NCBI GenBank assembly: GCA_020137815.1
Contig: CM035354.1
Location: 8,370,001 to 8,434,000 of the forward strand
Direction: 5' to 3'
Source: Hormiphora californensis
Taxonomy: Eukaryota; Animalia; Ctenophora
DNA length: 64,000 nt
Part shown: piece after piece, positions 23,969-36,510 of the stretch
Position numbering within the stretch: the first letter of the stretch is position 1
Layout: the number at the start of each line of letters is the position of its first letter
Notes under the pieces: generated by a model
Seen by the model: the letters and a program-made list of their open reading frames with translations, nothing else
Databases searched by the model: none
What the model was told of the DNA's origin: nothing
Made by a program: the position numbers and the translations under genes

Positions 23969-26900
23969 TCAGTTTGGCGTGTGCGCGTTACAGTCAGCCA
24001 CCGTGTTTCTGTAGACCTCGCTATCACCCAGTATCTGCTCTTCTAAAGCATGTCCCATCAGGTCTTTCCTGGTGAGAACTCCCTGCACCTTGTTACCAGC
24101 ATCAACCACGATCAGCTGCCTCAGACCAAGGGTTCGGAACAAAACAAACGCCCTGAAAGAGAGGGAATCAGGGTGATGACTGATGTGGAATCAGGGTATG
24201 AAAGAGAGAGTGGTGTGGCATGAGAATTTCACTGAACTTGGAGGAGAGGTAAAGAGTTTTCAATGGTCAGTTAAATACCTGTGTAGGGAGAATGTGAGGG
24301 GTACAGATACAGGAGAGCCATTAACAAAGTCCCCCAAATCCACAACCTCCTCCCCTCCCTCCTCAGCACACCTCTCTGCAGTACACCGCTGTAACAACTC
24401 ACTAGGATCAGACTCAACTAACTCCTCATACCCCACATTGTTTATCTGCCCGAGGTTTTGTAGCACCACTTGCAGGGTGTGTCGTGTTATTGACCCCACA
24501 AGGGACTTATCAGTATTTAGCACTGGGAACACGCTGTGGTCGGTGTTCAGTAGTACCTCACCAAGTCGTCCTACTGTGTCCTGCAGGGGAATGATTAGAT
24601 ACACAGAGGTCAGAGGGTTACACATGGGGTACTGCAGGGGGAGAGGAGGGTTAGATCAGGGTTACACATGGGGTACTGCAGGGAGAGAGAGGATGCCATC
24701 CACAGCCCTTCAGAGGGAATGTACTGACCTGTAGTTGTATGCAGGTAACTGGGCTGGCCATGGCACTCTCAACAGTAACAAGTTCTAGAGAGATCTGGTT
24801 GTGCTTGTGATCTCTTATACAAGGTTCACTGTCAAGGAACGGTATACATTTCACCTGGCGGAGAGAGAGATAGGTGTGTAAAATATGCAACATCATGGCG
24901 CAGGTGTTACGGAATTTGTAATTAATGCTTTACCTCAAGAAGTGCATGATAGAAAGGATGTGTTAAAAGATCTCCGGTCCACTTGCTGACCATGATGGCT
25001 ACCATTATGGGCAGGAGAAACTGTAGGTCATTAGTTATCTCCATCTGAAAAATAGGAACTGGAGATAGAGGGGTATATTAGAGTGTGATGGAAGAGGGTA
25101 AAGGTGAAATATTTGAACCAGCTGGGAATCAGGAACACTGAACAGGGAAGTGTTTAGACGTCTACTTTCTACTCAGAACAGTCAATCGTAAAACAAAAAA
25201 ACAAGAAAGTTCATATCCTTTTTTAACGTTGTACATATAGCACCATGACATGTATCATTATTTGGAACTGTGTAGCAACATGTTACCATGATTACTGTAA
25301 GGGACATTGTTAGTCTTGAGACGCCCCCAAAAAAGGCAGCAGCCCCAATTAGAGCAAAAGCCCCGGGGTCCAGCCAGGCCCAATACTCAGAACTAGTATC
25401 AGTCATGTTACCCATGACATATACAGCTAGGAATCCCAGCAGCCGACCAACTAAGGCCCCAATCAGCCTGGGTTATATCGGTGGGTTAACATCAAGACAC
25501 GAGTATAGGACATGTGTGTTTTACTTACAACATGGGAACCACTAGACCAGTGGCAAGGCAAGTTCCACAAGTCCATACAGCGAGGGGGAAATATAAGAGG
25601 AGGGACAGGGCACACGCTAACGGAGTTAATAAGTTCAGGGTCTGTCTTGAAAACAACACATGTATCGCTTCCTCTCCTAGAAGAATATTAACTTGGTCAG
25701 ACCCTCCACCCTATCAACCACATATTAACACCAGGAAGTCCTTGTTTTTAAAAAGGTAATCTTAGTACTTAGAACACTCGATCTAGTCTCGATCTACTCA
25801 TTACTCACCTGGGTTAAAGAAAAGTGTTGCGAATGGGTTATATAACATGAGTCATTACATCCATACTGTTCCACTGGTAGGGTCGACCTGAAAAATGACG
25901 AATAACTTTTGGAAACGTGGATATCTGCTAGGAAGAACAGCTAATTTAATAACACAGCTCACTCACTCTGTATTGGGGTTGGTGGTGCATGGGAAGAGAT
26001 CAGCTAATAGAACCTTAATAACAGACACTACAACCACTATCACAACAGGTTCTGATACTTTAGCTATCTTTAACAAGATCACACGTCCTCCTATCTTCTC
26101 CTCTAATGTCTTACGTAGCCGCAGTATCTGCAGGAACATGTGTTACAAGTTGGACACCATATGGTTTGTTACAATTACCTTGAGACTCGAGAATGTGAAG
26201 AGAGCGCCTAGAACTCCACAAATAACACCCAGTATAACTGCTGGAACAAATATCAGCAAGTTCAGAGGTATAGCTTTGTCCACGTGAAATATAATGTAAC
26301 TATCCTTATTGAACAATCCAAAGCTTCCCGTATACTGGAACTTCTCAAACGCCGAGCTAAACAAATCCTGAAGGAAGAAACAAAGAATATTTCTTGTGGA
26401 TCGATAGTTGAGGATTGGAGACAACATCTTTCCTTTCACTGTGTAACTGTGTCTTGTTTTGTATTCGTTTTGTTCAAACCCGGGGCGGGGCGAGGGAGGG
26501 TCGAACAAGGCAATTCTATACTTGTTTTGTTCAAACCCGGGGCGGGGAGGGAGGGAGGGTCAAACAATTCTATACTTACTGCGGTGAAGGTTGCGACCAT
26601 ACAACAGAAGAATGTTTGCCAGCCAAGTTTATCACTCCAGAAACTAGAAACCTCCTCCAAAGCAAACAACAGGCCACCAACAGGGGCACCAAATGCCGCA
26701 CTAACCCCTGCACCAGCCCCTGCTGTTAGGAAGTTTCTCCTGAAACCAGAGAAGATTAATGGGTTATACCGACCAGAGTAAAGAATAATTAAAGAATAAA
26801 GAGTAAAGACTGACCTGTCCTCAGCGTTCCTCAGTCGTTTGAAAAATGGCATATCGAAATGTAACGTCTTGGATTTGAATTGGCTGATGCCAGCTCCTAT

Positions 26901-27813
26901 TAGCCCACTATAAAACATATATTGTTAAACAACGTCCCAATAATATACCTCTGTCTACTCACCCTAGAGATATCATGGGACCCTCTGGGCCTGCTGGTAA
27001 ACCACTCGCCACAGCCATGATACATGACACAAACTTCACTACGTATGCCTTCAGGGAGAATATCTTCTCAACATATGTGCCGTTAAGGTATGCGATTAAT
27101 TCTGGTAGTCCAGAGCCGGCTGCAGCTGGACATATAACCTGTGGGTGACGTCATGTGTCAAAACAACTCCAAAAACAAGTATCCTGTTTCCAGGCACGTT
27201 GTAATACCTGAACGGATATGGCACTGATAAGTACAAACAGAACCGAAATGAGGACTTGTAGACCACACGCCATCATGAGTTCCCCTTCTTCTATTTGTTT
27301 AGTTACATTCTCTTTTATCAAACTTGTCAATAGCTGGATTCCTACAGAAAGGAAAAAATATCAGTCTCCTACATTTCACCGAGTGAGCTACTGTACAGTG
27401 TACACTGTACATTGTACAATGTCCCAAATGGATCTGGTTTTTCTCATCATCAACAGTCAGCAATATTCACGAAGAGTAAAATCATAATACATACCCTGGT
27501 GTAATAGAAACCCAGTCATACCAACAGCAAATCCAATGAGACCCATTGTTACCCATCTGTCCCATTCAATGCGTGGAGACTGCTTTTTCAACCAGTCCTG
27601 TAAATACATTTAGTACCTACAGGTCAATTGCACATTATAATGGTACTGTTATCAACTGTCCACCCATTACAGTACACGTACCTTGTAAACGGTGGAGTGT
27701 GGGGTAAAGTAATCCAGACTCTCATACTTGCTAAGAACTTCTTTCTCACTTTCTTGATACTGATGATTGACAAACCTCGATTCATATTCACGGCCTCGTT
27801 CAAAGAATTTCAT
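23969..27813 (-). CDS. CLC-family chloride/proton exchanger (CLC-6/7-related) with two CBS domains
   Basis: Spliced translation MKFFERG..YESLDY..WDRWVTMGLIG..AAGSGLPE..GPEGPMI..AAFGAPVGGLLFALEE..GLVVPML..DPGAFALIGAAAFFGGVSRLTMSLTVIMMEITNDLQFLLP..FRTLGLRQL..TRKDL. ATG at 27813, stop at 23969-23971. Confidence 0.93.
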
Positions 27814-27967
27814 CAGCTAAACAAAAATAATATTTATGTTTATACAAGTAGCAGCCAGCAGGTCTGACACGAATTTCAGTGCATGGTTTTATATATCAAT
27901 TTCAGTGCAACAAATTGACAACTATCCCCTCTCGAGACTTAGGTAAAAGGCATCTCTCAACCATACT

Positions 27968-30675
27968 TCATGATGATAAAAGCCTGGCGTACTCGGAGAG
28001 ATTCTGAGATTTTTGAAGCGAATCCCATGCCCTGAGGGGGATGGCGGTGAGTTAGGGTACACGAATACAATATATTAATAGCTCATTATATATTGCCGGG
28101 TTCGATATACCAATACCGATAATTACAGAGTCTTAATTTGTCAATAATGTACATTCATAAAAGATAATTAATTAATCAATTAACCACCTGGCAGACATGT
28201 GGAACCAGCCCCGCTCAGAGAGAGGGTGCGATGAGAGGGCACGGCGGGGTAGAGAGAACACTCTGTTACGAAGTTGTTCGAAACAAAACTGGAAACTAGA
28301 GTGGCCCTGGTACTGGAGGTACTGTGGTGGTGGCGGAGTCGCACCTGTAGGGGGTGATGGATATTAGGGGGGGGGTTGCACCTGTAGGGGGTGATGGATA
28401 TTAGGGGGGGGGGGGTTGAGTTGCACCTGTAGGGGGGTGGTGATGGATTAAGGTCTAGGTCCTACCCTAACTGGAGTCCCAGACCCTCACTTGATAATGG
28501 ATATCAAAATAAAGAAGATCATGAGCTAAACCACGGTTTTGTCGGTGTCTAAACACTATTCCCAACCCATGGTAACAACACGTACCTCTTACAGGGAGTT
28601 TGTGTAACCACTGGTTACCATGGTAACTACACTGAGTCACGTACCTCTTACAGGGAGTTTGTGTAACCACTGGTTACCATGGTAACTACACTGAGTCACG
28701 TACCTCTAACAGGGAGTTTGTGTAACCACTGGTTACCATGGTAACTACACTGAGTCACGTACCTCTAACAGGGAGTTTGTGTAACCACTGGTTACCATGG
28801 TAACTACACTGAGTCACATACCTCTAACAGGGAGTTTGTTGTCAGGCAACCAATACGCCATCACTGTATCCTTACTACTCTCACTATGCTTTAACAGTGT
28901 CTTGAGAGTTCTTTTGTGGGCCTCACATTGCATGAAATCGCTTCTATCACTGGAGAAAGAAGTTACTTGAACCGTGTGATATTGTTTTGATAAATTGATT
29001 GATATATGGACGTGCCTAAAACTTCTTTTCTCTCTTTCTCACTATATGCCTCTCAGGAACCGACCGAATCAGGAAATACTGGTCCCTGATTGGCTGATAA
29101 CCAGTCACGTGACCTAAATAACGAGTTCTGATTGGTTGTTTACTTGTTTCGGTCGGTTCCTGATGTCTCTCTTTATCTGACCTGAAGTTGTACACAAATA
29201 CCATGTGCGGTACACGCTCCTCTCGGATATTGTTGTTTTCTGTACTTTGTGCACTCAGTATTTCGGCAGTTTTAATTAGGTTGGGGATGGTCGGATCCAC
29301 GGACCAATCACTGATAACGATTATAACGTGGCAGACTTGCCTGAGAAACATCAGCATCTGCCAAGAGGGGTTTATTGTGTATTAGGACATAGTAAAATAG
29401 ACGTACTACATCTGGATTCTGGACCTAAATCAACCCACTACAGTCGGACCCCGATTTACCGGAACCCCGATTTACCGGGAGGATACAATTCCCCCGATAT
29501 AGGAAATTAACGGTATTTGACCCCGATATACCGGGCACCCCGATTTACCGGGCAAAATCCTTTCCCCCGAGCATCCCGGTAAATCGGGGTCCGACTGTAC
29601 TATAATTTCCCAATATTCAACCGACTAAAAATTGCAAATATTACCCCACTCATAATTCAAATATCAGCCTCCTACTATTTCCCAAGTAGCACCCCACCCA
29701 CCCTGGCCCCACTGCTATCTCCAAATATCACCCCTCAAATATTTACAAACTACAGTACCTGGAGTGATTGTATCTCTATCTGGGTATCTGGATCATCCAC
29801 GGAGCGGTCACTGTACATTAGATTGTCCAGGAGAGAGTGGGACATCAGAGGCTGGGTATCCAGGAAGATGAACCTACAAAATCATAAAGTTTGAGAAATC
29901 AAATTTGAGTGAGAAACTGTTTGAGAGATCAAATTTGTGTGAGAAACTGTTTGAGAAATCAAATTTGAGTGAGAAACTGTGTTTGTCCCATTTTATTCAG
30001 GATCCATTTCTTGATTTACCTCTCAGTACTAACGGCCATGTAGACCCCAAAAGTCTGGTTGACCCCCGTTTCTCGAGCATCCCTGCTCTGGGGCCAGAAC
30101 ATGTAACTTCTCCGAGCCCCAGTTGGCCGTGCCCCCGCTAGCATACTGGCGATGGTGCTCTTTCCAACACCCTGACCTCCTACCACTCCAACCACACAGA
30201 AATCTTTGTTGTCGGTGAGGAACTGAAGAGATGGGAGTTGTGGTAGAAATATTGTTGTATAGGTACATTAATCATTGAAAAAAGTGCAAAGCGAGTGACA
30301 GTGTGACTTGTCTTTAAGTCAAAGATTTGATAAAATACCTCGACGCCTTTGTCCACCCACTGTAGCTGGTGATCCAAGATGGGAGTGGAGTGGGCCATCT
30401 CAGAGGCAACACTCAGCTTGTTCAACAACTGCTGCTGGATCGATGCTTTCTTGTGCACACGACCCCCTCCATGGTTTTTCGAAGAGTGAGAATCGTAGGA
30501 CTGCTCCTGAATCAATTCAAGTTTCAAAGCAAAGTGAAAGTTAAAACAATAATCGGATCATAGTTTTAAGTTTTTATGTTTTCTGTTTTACCTTAGGTCG
30601 ATCGCGATGTTCCTTTGTTAAAATTGTCGGCGGCTTATTGTTATTCCGTTTTCCACCTCCGCTTTGTTCGACCAT
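27968..30675 (-). CDS. SMG9: Nonsense-mediated decay factor SMG9
   Basis: P-loop VVGVVGGQGVGKST, FIFLDTQP, EIQSLQMLMFLRQVCHVIIV, LIKTAEIL, PHMVFVYN, LSERGWFHMSAR; last exon (28032-27968) AWDSLQKSQNLSEYARLLSS* matches the SMG9 C-terminus. Confidence 0.92.
28566..28838. repeat. 59-bp tandem repeat (~4.5 copies) spanning an SMG9 exon end and 5' splice donor
   Basis: Unit CACGTACCTCT(T/A)ACAGGGAGTTTGTGTAACCACTGGTTACCATGGTAACTACACTGAGT starting at 28579, 28638, 28697, 28756, 28815. Confidence 0.95.
29054..29162. mobile_element. 109-bp hAT-like MITE in an SMG9 intron
   Basis: TIR CAGGAACCGACCGAA/TTCGGTCGGTTCCTG; 8-bp TSD ATGCCTCT/ATGTCTCT with one mismatch. Confidence 0.88.
29441..29597. mobile_element. 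Tc1/mariner (pogo-type) MITE
   Basis: TIR CAGTCGGACCCCGATTTACC/GGTAAATCGGGGTCCGACTG, TA on both sides, internal CCCGATTTACCGG repeats. Confidence 0.9.
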
Positions 30676-30989
30676 AGTCTAATGGTTTAGTTTAGTTTAG
30701 GTATGAAAGCAACAAAATATAATATTTATGGAATAAAATTTCCTCCGTACTGACTACTGTCTGGCGCTGGCTGCTGCTGTATCCAGGCCCGATTTTAGAG
30801 CTTGAAATGGGGCCATGGCCCTGCCAGAGAATACCTGGATGGACCTACATGTTGCAGTCTGACGGAGAGAACAAGTGCAAGGCGTGATCACCCGTCACCG
30901 GGAGGCAGAGCACACGACCAAGGAGCCAAACCTTAAACTTTTAAAATTTAAAATCGTGCAACAAAACAGTTCGAAACTTTTTTCTCGTA

Positions 30990-31297
30990 AAGTCGGATTT
31001 TTTGAAACTGTCACCCCCCTTTTCGTGCGCGGAATGTTTTTGCGCGTCACATCACATGTTAACGTGTGGTGTGCGCGTCAAAATTGATAAATTTCACATG
31101 CGCGGTCATTTTGGGGTGACAGTTTCAAAAAATCCGACTTTATATAAAGTCGGATTTTTTGAAGTTGTCACCCCCCTTTTCGTGCGCGGAATGTTTTTGC
31201 GCGTCACATCACATGTTAACGTGTGGTGTGCGCGTCAAAATTGATAAATTTCACATGCGCGGTCATTTTGGGGTGACAACTTCAAAAAATCCGACTT
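30990..31297. mobile_element. Two tandem 151-bp TA-flanked MITEs (30990-31140, 31147-31297); further copies at 36001-36171 and 60153-60373
   Basis: TIR AAGTCGGATTTTTTGAA..TGTCACCCC and its reverse complement; TA flanks; the two copies are separated by TATATA. Confidence 0.92.
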
Positions 31298-32039
31298 TAT
31301 CAGCTCAGCATAAAATTCTGCTGTGCCGCGCCGCGCGCCGGGGTTTGCAGCGCTTACCGTTTGGAAAAAAATCACGTCTGGTCGTGAAATTTTAAATTTT
31401 TAATTTTTGGGGTTTTTTTTCTTCGAAATTTTCCTTTTCGAGTTTCGACAGATTTGCTTGTCACCGCGTTGTCAGTTCTCCCTAGGGCACTGTGGGTTGT
31501 TTAGTTATTGGCATCATGTCTCACAATTCGTAAAACAAGACTCAATACTCGAATGCAAATCGAAATTCGCGTCGACTTTGAAATTTGGGTAGTGTGAAGT
31601 CCAGCGGTCAGTGGGTACCTTGTGATCTACTGATCAGGTCACTTGACACCCGATTCTACGTGTACGTTCATCCACGGCGATTGTTTATCATACTACTAGT
31701 TTCGGAGCTATTTATTTTTTCTCCTGAGGCTTCCCGCTTGAAATAAAACAGCTCCCGCCTCCCTGCAAACTTGACCTACGGGTATTAACTATTACTGAAA
31801 GAGATTTATGGTGAGCGTGTACGTAATAGCATGTAACATGTTAAATGACAAATGTTTATGGTGCGTTTTTCCTAAAGAGGGTGTCATGTCATGTGTGGCT
31901 CACAACGAATTTTTTTCATAAAATCGATCACGCTCTGTGTATCTGTACTAGAGTACCCGAGCTATGACAATGCGCAAAAAGGGGTGGCACGCGACTTTAA
32001 CCACGTGGTAATCTAACCGCTCCTACTATCATACACATA

Positions 32040-32250
32040 GGGATCCCTAAAAAAGTTCAGTATTTACACAGCGTTTACACCAGCTAAGCCATTTCGGATT
32101 TTCCCACGGTAGCGTGGGAAGAAAAATTTCAAAATCTGCGCTGTAATTGGCTTAAATTTTCCATCGTCAGAAATTTCAGCCAATCACAGCGCTCTGGTGT
32201 AAACGCTGTGTAAATACGCTGTGTAAATACTGAACTTTTTTAGGGATCCC
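32040..32250. mobile_element. TA-flanked MITE (GGGATCCCTAAAAAAGTTCAGTATTTACACAG family); second copy at 59895-60400
   Basis: TIR of ~40 bp, TA at 32038-32039 and 32251-32252. Confidence 0.88.
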
Positions 32251-32469
32251 TATTGGGTTTTTGAAAAACGGCGAGGCGGGTAAATCATTTACTGTAACGC
32301 GCGAATTTTCCCAAAAAAGCGCTGCTTTTTTACGCCGCGCAGAACCTAAAATTACGCGCGCAGTGTAAAATTTTAAAATTCATTGAAAATTTCCTCGCCT
32401 TTTATGTCGCAAAAAAAAGTCGACGAAAAATTCCAAATTCGTGAATTATAAGAACTCCCGACTTCGGTC

Positions 32470-32955
32470 AGTTCTCATCTTGCCAATCCGTTTTCCGGGA
32501 ACCCCTGGCCAAAGGACATTAAAGTTCACATAACGACCAAGTTTCATATCGATTGGATAAGATTTTGGGTGGCTACGGTGAAAAATATCGTATTTTTGGC
32601 ATTTTTAACTTTCCCGACGCGATTTACGACCCTTAAACATTGAGTTACGGGAAATCGCTATCAGGTAAAATGAAGTTCAAACGATTCTCTTTCCCCACTA
32701 TTGCGTTAGTTTTTTGATTTAGAGCCGTTTTCAGGGTCTTAGAAGCGTTTGAAAAATGTAAGTCTTTTTGTCGCAATGACGTCACCCCGTGACGTCACTG
32801 CTGTAAAGATCGGATCAAAAATCTGAGCCCGTACTTACACCCGCCTTGGTCCAAAGTACCAGTGTACAAATTTTCAGGGGTCTAGCTCAAAAACTGTAGG
32901 AGGAGTAGGGAGAAAACAATTATCGGACTAACATTTTGGAAATTATTATATGGAT
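32470..32955 (+). mobile_element. Possible Helentron/HINE-like non-autonomous element, 3' part
   Basis: Motifs CCAAGTTTCAT..GAT, AAATTTTCAG..TCTAGCTCAAAAACTGTAGGAGGAGTAG and an ATTATATGGAT end resemble DINE/HINE-type repeats. The left boundary was not resolved. Confidence 0.4.
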
Positions 32956-33332
32956 GTAAACTCTACAAACGGTCGTATACTGCACAGTGTACACAGTACA
33001 CGCATTCAAATCACAATTACTAATTAGGTTTGTTGGTGATTTGAAATAAACAAATGATTGAGTGACTCAATGAGCATACTCGGAAATGTTCAGGTAGTGC
33101 ACAGGTCGAGAACACAGGTAGTGCACAGTCACGCGCAAATCAAAATCAGGTAAGTCACATTGATGAGCCGCGCGAGTTTGAAAAATAAATTTAAAATGTC
33201 TGGAATCTGTTTTTTTCATCGCAGACCTTCTCCACGACCGTGTCCAGACCTTGTGCTGACCTTGTGCTAGACCTCGTGCTCGACCTCGTGCTTGATCTCG
33301 TGCTTGACCAATGACCTCTCTCTGTCTCTCTT

Positions 33333-33387
<55 letters not shown>

Positions 33388-33924
33388 GTCTCTCTCTCTC
33401 TCTCTCTATCTTTTGTATGTCCCTTACCTCTGTTAGGCCGGTTGTCGATTGGGTTGGGTTGAGGTTTACCATATTAAATGTACCAGAACGCCCTATACCA
33501 AGTTAGGGCCTAACATTTACCGCTTGTCGATGTGAAAGCCACCCTTTCCATTTAGGATGTTTGTAAAAATGAAAAAAAAACAGGATAAATTAGTAAAACT
33601 ACAATCCCAGAAGCAGTTGGAGGTGTTTACTATAACTATCCTGATGGAGGAGCTTGAGGATATTCACTAAAATGATATCTTTGACTTTACTCATAACTCC
33701 AGGTAAGGTCCGCCGGCTACCTCCCCCTGGCCCCTCCCCTACCCCTGGACGTCATCTTTGAATCACCCATTTATGTCTAATTGGCTTTCTTTTCTTCATG
33801 AGTCCTCCCTGTGTCGAACAGCTGGGAAGCAGAACTGTCCCAACAAGGGCGCCACCCAACTACCATTTCTTTTCTTCGCTTCAATTAGGTTTATCTGTCT
33901 CTAGTCATGAATGTGCGTTTTGCA

Positions 33925-34935
33925 TGGAGATGGAGAGATGGAGAGATGAAGAGATGGAGAGATGGAGAGATGGAGAGATGGAGAGATGGAGAGATGGAGA
34001 GATGGAGAGATGGAGAGATGGAGAGATGGAGAGATGGAGAGATGGAGAGATGGAGAGATGGAGAGATGGAGAGATGGAGAGATGGAGAGATGGAGAGATG
34101 GAGAGATGGAGAGATGGAGAGATGGAGAGATGGAGAGATGGAGAGATGGAGAGATGGAGAGATGGAGAGATGGAGAGATGGAGAGATGGAGAGATGGAGA
34201 GATGGAGAGATGGAGAGATGGAGAGATGGAGAGATGGAGAGATGGAGAGATGGAGAGATGGAGAGATGGAGAGATGGAGAGATGGAGAGATGGAGAGATG
34301 GAGAGATGGAGAGATGGAGAGATGGAGAGATGGAGAGATGGAGAGATGGAGAGATGGAGAGATGGAGAGATGGAGAGATGGAGAGATGGAGAGATGGAGA
34401 GATGGAGAGATGGAGAGATGGAGAGATGGAGAGATGGAGAGATGGAGAGATGGAGAGATGGAGAGATGGAGAGATGGAGAGATGGAGAGATGGAGAGATG
34501 GAGAGATGGAGAGATGGAGAGATGGAGAGATGGAGAGATGGAGAGATGGAGAGATGGAGAGATGGAGAGATGGAGAGATGGAGAGATGGAGAGATGGAGA
34601 GATGGAGAGATGGAGAGATGGAGAGATGGAGAGATGGAGAGATGGAGAGATGGAGAGATGGAGAGATGGAGAGATGGAGAGATGGAGAGATGGAGAGATG
34701 GAGAGATGGAGAGATGGAGAGATGGAGAGATGGAGAGATGGAGAGATGGAGAGATGGAGAGATGGAGAGATGGAGAGATGGAGAGATGGAGAGATGGAGA
34801 GATGGAGAGATGGAGAGATGGAGAGATGGAGAGATGGAGAGATGGAGAGATGGAGAGATGGAGAGATGGAGAGATGGAGAGATGGAGAGATGGAGAGATG
34901 GAGAGATGGAGAGATGGAGAGATGGAGATGGAGAT
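33925..34935. repeat. (GATGGAGA)n octamer satellite, ~1 kb
   Basis: About 125 near-perfect 8-bp units. Confidence 0.98.
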
Positions 34936-35753
34936 GATGGGTTTGGGAGGGGAGGGGGATGCGGAGGGGGGAGGGGTGTGGTAGTAGTGGATGTTTGTGT
35001 GGGGTGTCTGTGTGAAGGGTGAGCATGTGTGGGTCACCATGAACTGATTTGTAATCTCTAAATTAGGCGATCTAATTTAGGCCCTACCCAGTACCCCACA
35101 TCAGCGGAGAAAACCTTACTCTCGTTAATTAAGCTCTCATATTTCAAGAAACTTTTCAATAAGAAACTTTTTTCTAGGAAACTTCAAGTGTAAGCAATCC
35201 AAAAACAAAAAGAATTTCTTCTATATCAAGAAACTAAACAAGTTGGGGGTGTTCTATTTTGTTGTGGTGTCTCTGAATTGTGTGATTTACATTTGAAAAG
35301 TTTCTTATAAAAAAGTTTCTCACTAAAGCGTTTCTTAAAAATCGAGAGTAAGGTATATCTAAAAAGATGATGACAGTAGATAAATGTAGGATTTCCTAAA
35401 ACCTGCTCCCAACCTCCGTACTGATATCTAATCTCTTCATTAGGCCCTACCTCTCCACGTCCCAACAACCGATAAAAAAACTAAATAGATGTTGGATGTC
35501 CCTAAACCTGCTCCCATCCTTTGTACTGACTACTGATATATTCTCTCCTCATGCAGGGTCGAGACAGTGATATCTATTTGTTTGGAATATGACCAGATAG
35601 TATATGGGATCGCCTCATAACAAGCACAAAGCTGACAAAAAGCCCAGGACCAGTACACGATATTTAAATTAACCCTGTGCGATAGAAATTGGTAAGTCTC
35701 GTTAAAGTCAGAGTAGACAGAAAAAGAATTGGACAAGCTTGATTGATGTAGTA

Positions 35754-35998
35754 GAGCAGAACTCTCCGAGTATTTTCACTTTTCCCGCTCTGAAAAGATA
35801 CATTCCTCGCTCTATTATATTTGTTACCAGGGGGCTGGAACTCTATCTCGCTATGTTCTGTGGGCACTGGGCGTGTATGCCCGAACAGTGAACCTGCCCC
35901 GCCGTGTGTATAATAGAGAGCAATTTCACAGCGAGGAATGTATCATTGTATCTTTTGAGAGCGGGAAAAATGGAAAATACTCGGAAAGTTATATGCTC
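35754..35998. mobile_element. TA-flanked MITE directly abutting the 36001-36171 MITE
   Basis: Imperfect long TIR GAGCAGAACTCTCCGAGTATTTTC../..GAAAATACTCGGAAAGTTATATGCTC; shared TA at 35999-36000. Confidence 0.8.
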
Positions 35999-36510
35999 TA
36001 AAGTCGGATTTTTTGAAGTTGTCACCCCCCGTTTCGTGGTAAGCGGTAGCGTTTCGTGCGCGGAATGTTTTTGCGTGTCACATCACATGTTAACGTGTGG
36101 TGTGCGTGTCAAAATTGATAAATTTCACATGTGCGGTCATTTTGGGGTGACAACTTCAAAAAATCCGACTTTACTACCTCAATCAAGCTTCTCCAATTCT
36201 GCTTCTGTCCACTCTCACTTCAATGCGTACGTCAGTATTCCCCACTGACCGGCTTCCTTCATTCATAGCTGTGACATGCATAACTAGAACTGTGACGTGT
36301 GTATGTGTGTGTGTTTATAACTGTGTCAATACATTAATTGTCACTGAAAAGATAGTAATGTTGTTACTGTCCGAGTTATCTAGCTTATTCGGGTTTATAA
36401 ATAAAAATATCAATATCCCCTATAACAAATTAAATTTTCATTTGTTATTGGGGATATTTCTTTATTGGGGAGCAAGTGTACGGGTGTGGTTGTACCATAG
36501 TTTTGTGTTA

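Noticed and set aside
27990-28028. ATG at 28028 (MGFASKISESLR) as the first CLC exon
   Set aside because: The same bases in another frame encode the conserved SMG9 C-terminus, which explains the exon better.
28566-28838. 59-bp palindrome-containing repeats as CRISPR-like
   Set aside because: No variable spacers; it is a tandem duplication of an exon/intron junction.
29016-29357. ORF reading from an SMG9 exon into EPTETSKQPIRTRYLGHVTG..
   Set aside because: The exon ends at a GT donor near 29181; the extension is intronic MITE sequence.
33597-33618. ACTACAATCCCAGAAGC resembling a ZNF143/Staf site
   Set aside because: Single imperfect match with no adjacent gene start or snRNA.
33798-35040. 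Five 340-379 aa ORFs (MERWRDGE / SISPSLHL repeats)
   Set aside because: Translations of a stop-free 8-bp satellite, with no codon structure or splice context.
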